Shown here piece after piece: positions 20,278 through 28,394 of a DNA stretch of 64,000 nt. The stretch is from Gemmatimonas sp. GTDB lineage: Bacteria > Gemmatimonadota > Gemmatimonadetes > Gemmatimonadales > Gemmatimonadaceae. The notes beneath the pieces were generated by a model. That model searched no databases. It was not told the DNA's origin and saw only the letters and a list, made by a program, of their open reading frames with translations. Location of the stretch: contig OZ257156.1 in the NCBI GenBank assembly GCA_965279375.1, forward strand, positions 4,672,001-4,736,000, in the 5' to 3' direction. The translations under genes were made by a program, and so were the position numbers. Each line of letters opens with the position of its first letter. Positions within the stretch are counted from its first letter, which is position 1.

Positions 20278-21662
20278 GCCAACGCCCCGTTCCACACGAG
20301 GAAGGGATGCGTGACCGGTGCTGGACCGCCGGCGATCGCGCCGCTCACACGCGCGTGATAGCCACCGGCCGGCAGTGGTCCGAGCGTTGCCCACCCGTCC
20401 TTGCCAACGACGGTCGCAGGTCCCATCTGCTGCAACCGTTCGTCAAACACCGTGACGTGAAGGCGATCGTCACCTTCGTCATGCACGCGGAGTCGGGGGC
20501 GATCTTCAGGTGACCATAGCTCCGCCATCGAGACGCCGATGGTCGATGGCGCGGTCGACTGCCAGATCACGTCTTCACGCGTGAGCAAGCCGTCGATGAG
20601 ATCGAGCGCGGAACGAGTGCCCTGCAGCTCCCCATGCTGATTGGCAACTTCGAGCACCTCACGATTCCTCCCCTGCACCGGTTGGGAGGCAAGGCGCGGC
20701 ACCGTTCCATCGCCACCCTGACTACTCCCGTCGATCTCCTCCGAAGCGATCAGTCGTCCATGCGACCATGCCGCCGTCGTCAGGGTGGGCTGCCGGATGC
20801 CCACGACCTTGTGGAACGCATACGCGGGCTCCGGCGAGGCATCGAGCGTCGCGTGAAAGGCGAGGGCGTCGTCCTGCATAGCGCGGGAGACGTCGGGGAG
20901 ATCGAGGCCGTGCAGACTTCGACGCGGCACATCAGTACCGAGATCGAGACAGTCGTACGTCGGCAGCAACTGATGCAACGACGGCAGACTGCGAGCGAAC
21001 TCTGTGAGATGGAGATGAAACGGCCCGAGGCTCGGCTCGAGGCCGTTCGACAGCGTATTCAGCGCTTTGAGGGCGCCGCGATGCGGCGTGCCGATGGTGA
21101 TCAGCGTGCGGGTGAAAGCGGCACCTCCTTCCTGCTCGAGAAACCACCGCGCGATCAGTCCGCCCATTGAATGACACACCAGCACGAGGCGCGACTCTTC
21201 CATGCCCGGCTGCTCACGCCAGCGTGCCAGCGCGTCTTCGGCGACGACCTTCAGCAGGCGCGCGTTATAGCGATTCGACAGCCGCCAGTCGTAGGGAAAC
21301 GAAATCAGATTGGGAATGCGATCCGGATCGCGCGGATCGGGCTCGATCATCTGGAAGCGCGTGCTCCGCAAAAACTCGAGTGTCCCATCGTACCCGGTGA
21401 TGGGGCTCCACAGTCCTGGGATCACGTGAAGGCTCGGCAGCAGATGCGTCGCACGAATCCTGTTGCCTGGCGGGGCCTCATCGCCGATGCCGATTGGCAG
21501 TGCGAGCGACTGCAGTGAACCTCCGAGCGTCTTGATCGCGTTGACCAGGCTGCCCGCCTCAAGCGACCAGATCGGCCCTCGCTCCATATGCTCCAGAGCG
21601 CTCCCCATGATGCCGGGGATGACGATGACGACGTCGCGAACGAGATTCGTATCCACAGGCAT
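20274..21662 (-). CDS. LCAT/PGAP1-like alpha/beta-hydrolase (lipase/acyltransferase) with C-terminal extension
   Basis: VIVIPGIMGS, FPYDWRLS, nucleophile elbow VCHSMGG, IGTPHRGA, GDGTVP, NQHGEL; no signal peptide. Confidence 0.88.
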   Translation of the reverse strand: MPVDTNLVRDVVIVIPGIMGSALEHMERGPIWSLEAGSLVNAIKTLGGSLQSLALPIGIGDEAPPGNRIRATHLLPSLHVIPGLWSPITGYDGTLEFLRSTRFQMIEPDPRDPDRIPNLISFPYDWRLSNRYNARLLKVVAEDALARWREQPGMEESRLVLVCHSMGGLIARWFLEQEGGAAFTRTLITIGTPHRGALKALNTLSNGLEPSLGPFHLHLTEFARSLPSLHQLLPTYDCLDLGTDVPRRSLHGLDLPDVSRAMQDDALAFHATLDASPEPAYAFHKVVGIRQPTLTTAAWSHGRLIASEEIDGSSQGGDGTVPRLASQPVQGRNREVLEVANQHGELQGTRSALDLIDGLLTREDVIWQSTAPSTIGVSMAELWSPEDRPRLRVHDEGDDRLHVTVFDERLQQMGPATVVGKDGWATLGPLPAGGYHARVSGAIAGGPAPVTHPFLVWNGALA

Positions 21663-21777
21663 TGGGCGACCGGCGCGGCGCGCGGCGAGGCAACGGACGG
21701 AACGTCAACTGGGCTACCGCGGAAGAAAGTATCTCCCGCAGGCCATCCGCGTGATAGGGCTACCGCGCGCTTCCGAC

Positions 21778-21909
21778 GTGGGGCGCAACGACGTGGACGC
21801 CACGCCAGCGTCAGGAACGATCTACGTGGGCGGTGGCTCGGAGTCGCTGTCGGTCGACGTACGCGTAACCCCGACTGTGCTCGTACCAGAGGCGGCTGGC
21901 GTCAGCTGA
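21778..21909 (+). repeat. Right copy of the 132-bp direct repeat; orphan 3' fragment of the transglutaminase gene
   Basis: Translates VGRNDVDATPASGTIYVGGGSESLSVDVRVTPTVLVPEAAGVS* versus VGRNYVDATPTSGTIYVGGGSESLSVDVRVSPTEAVAETVAVG* in the intact gene. Confidence 0.95.
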
Positions 21910-21930
21910 GTCGACAAGAAACCGTAGCCA

Positions 21931-22536
21931 TCACTCGGCGCGTCGGTATTCCATGTAGCGCGCCGTGTCGTCGGCCACCGCCTTGCCGTACAGCCGCTCG
22001 ACCATCTCCAGGGACATGTCGATCCCCGCCGAGATGCCCGCCGATGTGACGACGCCATCGTGCACGACGCGCGCATCGCGCTGCACGTCGATGGTGGCGT
22101 CCAGCGAGGCGAGCGCATCGAGGGCGCCCCAATGAGTCGTCGCGCGCTTGTGCGCGAGCAGACCAGTCTGCGCCAACAGCAATGCACCCGAACAGACGGA
22201 CGTGACGTGAGTCGCGTTCGCAGCGGTCGCGAGAATCCAGTCCAACGTCGGAGGGTGTTCCAGCAATGGTCGCGTTCCCCAGCCGCCGGGCACCACGAGT
22301 AAGTCGATCGGTGGTGCCGACGCGAAATCGTAGTTCGGCAGCAATTGTAGTCCGCCGGTCGCCGTCACCGGCCCAGCGCGTTCCGCAACCAGAAATACGG
22401 AGAACGGTGCGCTCGCGTCGCTTCGCCGTGAGTCGAGCCCGGGCTCGAGGCGCGTGCGGGAGAACACCTCAAACGGCCCCGCAAAGTCCAGCACCTCGAC
22501 CTGGTCGAAGACCAGGATACCGACGGTTAGCGTCAC
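21931..22536 (-). CDS. DJ-1/PfpI family protein
   Basis: VEVLDFAGPFEVF, LLVVPGG, SVCSGALLLA, ATTHW, TSAGISAGID. Confidence 0.93.
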   Translation of the reverse strand: MTLTVGILVFDQVEVLDFAGPFEVFSRTRLEPGLDSRRSDASAPFSVFLVAERAGPVTATGGLQLLPNYDFASAPPIDLLVVPGGWGTRPLLEHPPTLDWILATAANATHVTSVCSGALLLAQTGLLAHKRATTHWGALDALASLDATIDVQRDARVVHDGVVTSAGISAGIDMSLEMVERLYGKAVADDTARYMEYRRAE

Positions 22537-22662
22537 GACTGCTCCTGATAAGACGGAGATAGGACTCTGCGACTACGGCTCCGCATGAATCTCCGATCAC
22601 GCGCTCGAATAGAGAAGTCGGTCGTCCCCGCGTGTGTGTGGTGGGCGATGACGCCACTGGTC

Positions 22663-22692
22663 CTCAAGAATCCGTGCGCGCAATCCGAGACT
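22663..22692 (+). promoter_or_regulatory. Candidate sigma-28 (FliA)-type promoter of the PAS-MCP gene
   Basis: CTCAAG-N15-TCCGAGACT; the same layout occurs upstream of the second MCP at 44108. Confidence 0.55.
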
Positions 22693-22752
22693 GCAGCTGA
22701 GGTCGACGCCGGCCGTGTAGGCACCTCACGCCATTCGCCGGATCTACCTCGC

Positions 22753-24222
22753 ATGCGCATTCCGTTCTTCGCTCCGTCTGACGAAGTCGCTCGTCTCAAG
22801 GCACAACTCGCGCAGGTCACCGAGCGGTCGGATGTTCTCGACCAGTCATGCGGCGTGGGGTTGTGGGACGCAGTGTTGTACAACGCGGACGCGCTCGATC
22901 CGCGCAGCGTGTGGACCTGGTCGCCCGAGTTCCGTCGCCTCATCGGCTACAGCAGCGAAGCGGACTTCCCCAACGTCTGCCAATCGTGGTCGGACAAGCT
23001 GCATCCCGATGACGCGCCTGCCACATTTGCTGCGTTCGGCGGCCACCTCAAGGAGCCCAACGGCACCGGCCACTACGACGTCACCTATCGTCTCAAGATG
23101 AAGGACGGCGAGTACCGCTGGTTCCGCGCCAGCGGCGGCTGCCGTCATTCTGCAGACGGGCAGACCATCCGCGCCTGCGGGTCGCTCACGTTCATTCATG
23201 AGCAAAAGATGCAGGCGCTCAAGATCGAGCAGGATGCGCACTACGATCAGGAGGTCATCGCCGCTCTTGCCGACGGCCTCAAGGCGCTCTCCGACGGCGA
23301 CCTGCGGCATCGCATCGTGGCGGAGGTGCGCCCCACCGCGCAGCCCCTCAAGGACAGCTTCAACGCAACGGTCGAGCAGCTGCACGAAACGATCTCGCAG
23401 GTCAGCGCTGCCTCCTCGCAGGTGAAGAGCGCCGGTGAAGAGATCGCGGACGCGAGTCAGTCGCTCGCGGACGGCGCGACTCGTCAGGCCGCGAGCCTGC
23501 ACGAAGTCACCAGCAGCCTCGACGAGCTGGCATCGATGGCGAGCACGAACGCCACGTCAGCACGCAAGGCCAGCGAGCTTTCGTCGGTGGCGCGTTCCCA
23601 TGCGAGCGACGGCGAAGCACGGATGGCCAACCTCACGGCGGCGATGGCCGACATCAAGGCCTCCACGCAGGAAACCGCCCGCATCATCAAGACGATCAAC
23701 GAGATCGCGTTTCAGACCAACCTGCTCGCGCTCAACGCGGCCGTCGAAGCGGCGCGCGCTGGCGATGCGGGCCGTGGCTTCGCCGTCGTTGCCGAGGAAG
23801 TGCGCTCACTCGCGCTCCGAGCGGCCGCCGCTGCGAAGAGCACGGAAGCGCTGATCGAGAAGAGCGTGACCGCGACTGAACGCGGCGTGCGACTGAACGA
23901 TGAGGTCCTGAGCAGCCTGCAGGAAATCACCGGCCAGATCGCGCAGGTGGTGACCGTCGTGAGTGAGATTTCCGTCGCCAGCACAGGTCAGGTAGATGGC
24001 GTCTCGCGTATCACGCGTGCGGTGGCGGACGTGAACAACATCACGCAGCAGGTCGCTGCCAGCGCCGAGGAGTCGGCGAGCGCCGCCGCAGAACTCAACG
24101 CGCAGGCCAGCACGCTCAACGATACGGTATTGACGTTCGCGCTCGAGGAGGATGTGTTCGGTGAAGCGACACATGCGCCGGCGCGTCGTCCCGCACGCGC
24201 GATGGCGGGACGAGGGCGCTAG
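22753..24222 (+). CDS. Soluble methyl-accepting chemotaxis protein with N-terminal PAS domain
   Basis: [33 protein letters not shown]; signalling hairpin [30 protein letters not shown]; no transmembrane segment. Confidence 0.93.
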   Translation: MRIPFFAPSDEVARLKAQLAQVTERSDVLDQSCGVGLWDAVLYNADALDPRSVWTWSPEFRRLIGYSSEADFPNVCQSWSDKLHPDDAPATFAAFGGHLKEPNGTGHYDVTYRLKMKDGEYRWFRASGGCRHSADGQTIRACGSLTFIHEQKMQALKIEQDAHYDQEVIAALADGLKALSDGDLRHRIVAEVRPTAQPLKDSFNATVEQLHETISQVSAASSQVKSAGEEIADASQSLADGATRQAASLHEVTSSLDELASMASTNATSARKASELSSVARSHASDGEARMANLTAAMADIKASTQETARIIKTINEIAFQTNLLALNAAVEAARAGDAGRGFAVVAEEVRSLALRAAAAAKSTEALIEKSVTATERGVRLNDEVLSSLQEITGQIAQVVTVVSEISVASTGQVDGVSRITRAVADVNNITQQVAASAEESASAAAELNAQASTLNDTVLTFALEEDVFGEATHAPARRPARAMAGRGR

Positions 24223-24223
24223 C

Positions 24224-25159
24224 TCACACCGCCGCGCGCTTCCGCCGCTCGAGCGGGCTCACGTTGCGCCGCGCCGCCGGCGTGATCCCGACCTCGCGGC
24301 ACTTGGCGCGAAAGCCTGCGCCATGGTCCAGCGGCTCGCCGGTCTCGTGCTGCCACTGGTGCACCATCTCGTGCAACAGCGTGTGCATCGCCTCGCGCCA
24401 GCCATGCTTCGCAATGTGCGTACGTGACATCACGATCTCGCTCGGCCTGTGTCGCGACCCCGGATCGAAATGGCCCAAACGTGTGGCCATGCGGCCGGAG
24501 AGACGAATCGGCAGCGCGCTGAGCGTGCTGTCGAACCACTGTGCGTTGAGCGCTCGATGTGCCTCGCGCAGTTGCGCGATCATGGCGAGGTCGCCCGGAC
24601 GCGCCGGTTCAGCGCGGCGCACCGCTGGCGCACGTTCCACGTCGAACGCGAGGATCTGTTCCTTGGCCGCGCTCCTCGCCTGCTTGGTGCGCGCCATCGC
24701 GAACGTCACGATGGCACGCAGCACGGGTTCCGGCGCATCCGCGTAGCCTTCGTGCACACGCAACGTACGGCCAATCAGCGAGACCATCACCGTCCGCGTG
24801 CGCATCAACGTCAGCCCTTCCACTCCGCGCAGCCCCAGCTCCTGCAGGCGTGAGAAGAGCACCGCGGTGCGGGCGCGGGTCGCGGAACGCCCGCGTGCGG
24901 GCCGATCACGCGTGGCGTCAGCGGCGGGTGTGGCGGTGGGCGTCGCCGCATCGCGAAAGAGTTGCGGCAGCGTCTCGCCGGGCATGACGGAGGGCGCGGC
25001 GATCGGCGCAGGCGCAAACGCGGATGGCACCGCCACCGGACGCGGGGTCGCAACCACGGGGCGAGCTGGCTCGGCGCGCTCCACCGCAGGCGACGGAGTG
25101 ACCGTCGTCGTCGGTGTATCGAAATCAAAGCCGAGTTGCGAGAGCCAGGAGAGTCGCAT
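24224..25159 (-). CDS. SprT-like zinc metalloprotease
   Basis: TLLHEMVHQW...DHGAGF, SGRMATRLG; Pro/Ala-rich N-terminal linker. Confidence 0.88.
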   Translation of the reverse strand: MRLSWLSQLGFDFDTPTTTVTPSPAVERAEPARPVVATPRPVAVPSAFAPAPIAAPSVMPGETLPQLFRDAATPTATPAADATRDRPARGRSATRARTAVLFSRLQELGLRGVEGLTLMRTRTVMVSLIGRTLRVHEGYADAPEPVLRAIVTFAMARTKQARSAAKEQILAFDVERAPAVRRAEPARPGDLAMIAQLREAHRALNAQWFDSTLSALPIRLSGRMATRLGHFDPGSRHRPSEIVMSRTHIAKHGWREAMHTLLHEMVHQWQHETGEPLDHGAGFRAKCREVGITPAARRNVSPLERRKRAAV

Positions 25160-25268
25160 CGCGGGGAAGTTTGCGCGCGCGAGCGACAAATGGGGAGTGG
25201 TGCAGGTGCGATCCGCCGTGTCGAATGTGCCAGAGCGGCTCACACCTGCTAGACCAGCGAAGCAGAGA

Positions 25269-25991
25269 TCAGTGCGCTGACGCGCGCACCGTCGTCAGTA
25301 GGGCCCGCAGCGCATCCACCTGATCACCGACGACGGTGTGTCCCAATCCCGGGTAGATCCGCAGATCGACCGGTGCACCAGCTTCGGTAAACGCGGCCGC
25401 GGCGCTTCGCACGCGCGACTCCGGGATGTGCGCATCCTGATCGCCGCACGCCAGCAACACGGGCGTGCCAGCCAGCGCAGCATCGAGCGATCGCTGAGCC
25501 AACTCCTCTCCAATTAGCGCGCCGGCCAGCGCCGCAACCGCCCCGTAGCGCGCCGGATGACGTGCCGCGAATTCCAGCGTAAGGCAGGCGCCTTGCGAGA
25601 AGCCCGCCAATACGATCCGTTCGGAGGGAATTCCGGCGGCCTGCGCCTCCAGCACAGCGCGCTGCACCGACGCGAGGGCGCCGCTCAGCCACGGCTCGTT
25701 GCGCTCGATCGGCGCCAGAAAGCGATCGGGATACCACGAGTTTTCGTCGGCCCGAGGAGCGATGATGGCCGCGTCATCCGCACCCGCCGACCGCGCCAGC
25801 GGGAGCATCGACTCGGGGCTGCCGCCGCGCCCGTGCACCAGCACGAGCGCGTAGGTGGCGTTTGCCAGCGGCACGCCGGCGTGGAGCGCTGGGATGCCGG
25901 CGTGTGGCTGTTGGTCGTTGTCGCTGTGGTGCGTGCCGCTTGCAGGGGTCTTCAAAGTGTCCGTCGTCTGTTCAGTGTTGTGTTGCGCCAT
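25269..25991 (-). CDS. Phospholipase/carboxylesterase (MhqD-like)
   Basis: VHGRGG, GFSQGA, GDQDAHIP, YPGLGH; ATG at 25991 just after the dioxygenase stop. Confidence 0.9.
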   Translation of the reverse strand: MAQHNTEQTTDTLKTPASGTHHSDNDQQPHAGIPALHAGVPLANATYALVLVHGRGGSPESMLPLARSAGADDAAIIAPRADENSWYPDRFLAPIERNEPWLSGALASVQRAVLEAQAAGIPSERIVLAGFSQGACLTLEFAARHPARYGAVAALAGALIGEELAQRSLDAALAGTPVLLACGDQDAHIPESRVRSAAAAFTEAGAPVDLRIYPGLGHTVVGDQVDALRALLTTVRASAH

Positions 25992-25993
25992 TG

Positions 25994-27073
25994 TCAGCGC
26001 CACGGCGTCCGTTCGATCGGCGTGAGATGCGCTTCGATTTTTTCGCGATGCTCTTCCATCCAGTACGGCAGTCGCAGCGTGGTGCCTGCTGTCTCGAACG
26101 GTTCGTCCACGAGGAAGCCTGGGCCCATCGTTGCGAGTTCGACGATGTGTCCATCGGGATCGCGCGTGTAGATGCTCTTGAAGTACGTCCGGTCCATCAC
26201 CTCCGATACCGGCAGTCGCGCATCCAGCAGCCGTTGGCGGAACTCCAGTTGCGTTACCTCGTCGGCTACCGCGAGCGCATAGTGGTGCCCCTGCCCCGTG
26301 CCCATCGCCGCGTGGCGCACCTTCGCGGGATCCTTCTCGAGGTACGTGACGAGACTGCCGGGGCGTCCATCGGGCGTGCCCCACGACCAATGCCGCGTGC
26401 CGGGATCGTCGAAGTTCTCCGTCTTCTTCACGAGCGTCATGCCGAGCACGCCGCGCAGGAATTCGTCGGTGTGCTCCACGTTGGACGCCATCGCCGTGAT
26501 GTGGTGCATACCGCGTGTCAGCGTCATCGCGTCATCGATCTGCTCGACTGGCTCGGGCCAAGTGATCGCCGCAATCGTCTCCTCGTCGCGCGCACCGGCC
26601 ACCAGTGCCGCGGGCGGCGTGCGCTGCGGGCGATCGGCGCCGATTTCGTCGAGCTGCATCCCCGGTCCTTCCGTCGCGATTTCGAGAATCACGCCGTCCG
26701 GATCGCGGAAGTAGATGGAGGTGAAGTAGTGCCGGTCCCACGGTCCGCGCACCTTGATGCCCAGATCGGTCAGACGACGCTTCCAGCGCAGCAATGCGTC
26801 GGTGTCAGCCACGCGGAGCGCGACATGGTGCGTGCCGCCGATACCGGTGCGGCCACGCGGTGCCCGAGGCCACTCGAAGAAGGTGATGACGGTGCCGGGG
26901 CCGCCGGTCGCGTCAGCGAAGTACAGGTGGTAGCTGCCCGGATCGTCGAAGTTGACGGTGGTCTTGATGAGGCGAAGCCCGAGCACGCGGGTGTAGAAGT
27001 CGGCCGTGCGCTGCGCGTTGCTCGCGACGAGCGTGACGTGGTGAAGGCCGAGGATGGTGGACGAATTGGTCAT
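25994..27073 (-). CDS. VOC-family ring-cleaving dioxygenase (MhqO-like)
   Basis: GLHHVT, TVNFDDPGSYHLYF, DRHYFTSIYFRDPDG, DRTYFKSIY, ELATMGPGF. Confidence 0.93.
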   Translation of the reverse strand: MTNSSTILGLHHVTLVASNAQRTADFYTRVLGLRLIKTTVNFDDPGSYHLYFADATGGPGTVITFFEWPRAPRGRTGIGGTHHVALRVADTDALLRWKRRLTDLGIKVRGPWDRHYFTSIYFRDPDGVILEIATEGPGMQLDEIGADRPQRTPPAALVAGARDEETIAAITWPEPVEQIDDAMTLTRGMHHITAMASNVEHTDEFLRGVLGMTLVKKTENFDDPGTRHWSWGTPDGRPGSLVTYLEKDPAKVRHAAMGTGQGHHYALAVADEVTQLEFRQRLLDARLPVSEVMDRTYFKSIYTRDPDGHIVELATMGPGFLVDEPFETAGTTLRLPYWMEEHREKIEAHLTPIERTPWR

Positions 27074-27154
27074 TTGGCGCTCCTGCCCCACTGCCGGGGG
27101 CGTCGATTGTCTTAGTGCTAAGATATAGACCAATTGTCCGTCGTCAACCCGTGG

Positions 27155-27513
27155 CCGGTTATGCCGTTCGCTCCATCGGGTTCTAGCGGTAACCGGTCAC
27201 GCGGTTCGCTCCATCGGGCTCTACGGGTAACCGGTCACGCCGTTCGCTCCATCCGGTTCAACCGGTTACCGGTCACGCCGTTCGCTCCACTCAGGACTGG
27301 CCACCCACCACTCGCGACCCGAAACAGAGGAGTGTCAGAGCGGCGGCAGCACGCAGTCGCCAGTCCCCGGTTCAGGGTTTCTCACTCAGATCAAGCGGGG
27401 TCGAGGACCGCCAACCCGACACAACCCTGTTGCGGGCTACGGGTGGTGAGTGGCGGGAGATCAGTGGAGCGAACGGCGTGACCGGTGACCGAACAGCGAA
27501 CCGCGTGACCGGT
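27155..27513. repeat. REP/BIME-like cluster: four direct copies at a 38-bp period plus two inverted copies
   Basis: Core CCGGTCACGCCGTTCGCTCCA (with variants) starts at 27155, 27193, 27231 and 27269; reverse-complement copies at 27463-27486 and 27495-27513. Confidence 0.9.
27300..27454 (-). ncRNA. Candidate structured RNA (long imperfect hairpin), family unknown
   Basis: 27300-27346 pairs without gaps with 27408-27454: by hand count 34 Watson-Crick + 7 G-U of 47 positions on the minus strand. Confidence 0.5.
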
Positions 27514-27530
27514 ACCCGGTGACTGACTGC

Positions 27531-28370
27531 TCAGCGCGACTGTCGCGCGAAGCGCTGCCCCACCCCGGCCACGAACTCCCCCGAGGGATCGTAGCTCCAC
27601 GGCGTCACCACGATGCACTCCGCATCCGCCTCGATCACGTTCACCGCGCTCGCCCGGTGCCCGCGCACCCGCCTGGAGAGTGTGTTCGCCGTGCTCGACA
27701 CGAATCGCCCCGTGCCGCGCGTGATCAGCTCCACGCGTTCCTCATGATCGTGTCCCGCGCAGACGACATCCGCGCCGCTGGCGGCGAGTTCGTCCATCAC
27801 CCACTCCGGACGGCGTAGTCCCCAACGCTTCGACAGTCGCCCGCGCACGACGTTGTGATGCAGCACGAGAATACGCAGATCGCCGGCCGGACTGGCTTCG
27901 AGCCGCGCGCGCGCATCGCGCAGCTGTCCCTCGGTCAGCGCTCCCTTCACGCGCCAGTGGCGTGGATACAACGTGATCGCCCGTGGCAGCATGCCCGCGG
28001 CGGAGTTGAGCCCAATGAGCGATAGCCCAGGCAGGCGCACCGTCGGCTCCGTGTCCGGCTGAATCAGCGCGCGAAATCGCTCGTGCAATCTTGACGCGCT
28101 ACCGATGCCGAATGGGGCGTGCCACCAGGCGGTATCGTGATTGCCTGGCACGGTGATGATCGGCGCGATGGCCGCGAAACGATCGAGCACCGCGCGCGCG
28201 TCGCGGAACTCGTGCGTCCGCGCGCGCTGCGACAGATCGCCCGAGATGATGATGGCATCGAACAACGACGCCGCCGCGAGTCGTTCCGCGGCGGCGACAT
28301 GGTGCGGGACGAAGTTCCGTCCGAGATGAACGTCAGAGATGTGCAGGACGCGCAGCAGGCGCCCACTCAT
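27531..28370 (-). CDS. Calcineurin-like metallophosphoesterase
   Basis: HISDVH, SGDLS, PGNHD, LHH, GHDH. Confidence 0.92.
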   Translation of the reverse strand: MSGRLLRVLHISDVHLGRNFVPHHVAAAERLAAASLFDAIIISGDLSQRARTHEFRDARAVLDRFAAIAPIITVPGNHDTAWWHAPFGIGSASRLHERFRALIQPDTEPTVRLPGLSLIGLNSAAGMLPRAITLYPRHWRVKGALTEGQLRDARARLEASPAGDLRILVLHHNVVRGRLSKRWGLRRPEWVMDELAASGADVVCAGHDHEERVELITRGTGRFVSSTANTLSRRVRGHRASAVNVIEADAECIVVTPWSYDPSGEFVAGVGQRFARQSR

Positions 28371-28394
28371 GCGTGGTGAATCATGGAATGCGAA

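Larger units (their letters stand above)
15492..21777. mobile_element. Putative integrase-free genomic islet (two genes) bounded by a duplicated gene 3' end
   Basis: Flanked by the 132-bp direct repeats. Cargo is on the opposite strand and functionally unrelated to the operon. Confidence 0.7.

Noticed and set aside
15492..21777. Prophage or transposon
   Set aside because: No phage structural genes, integrase, transposase or terminal inverted repeats.
21463..21909. 148-aa ORF as a real gene
   Set aside because: Its N-terminal part is antisense to the lipase; only the last 43 codons are meaningful, as the duplicated gene tail.
23700..23810. DNA similarity to 45660-45770 as a repeat element
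   Set aside because: It is the conserved MCP signalling hairpin shared by two paralogs.
27155..27291. CRISPR array
   Set aside because: The 38-bp period leaves only ~17-bp spacers that resemble each other, inverted copies are present, and there are no cas genes.
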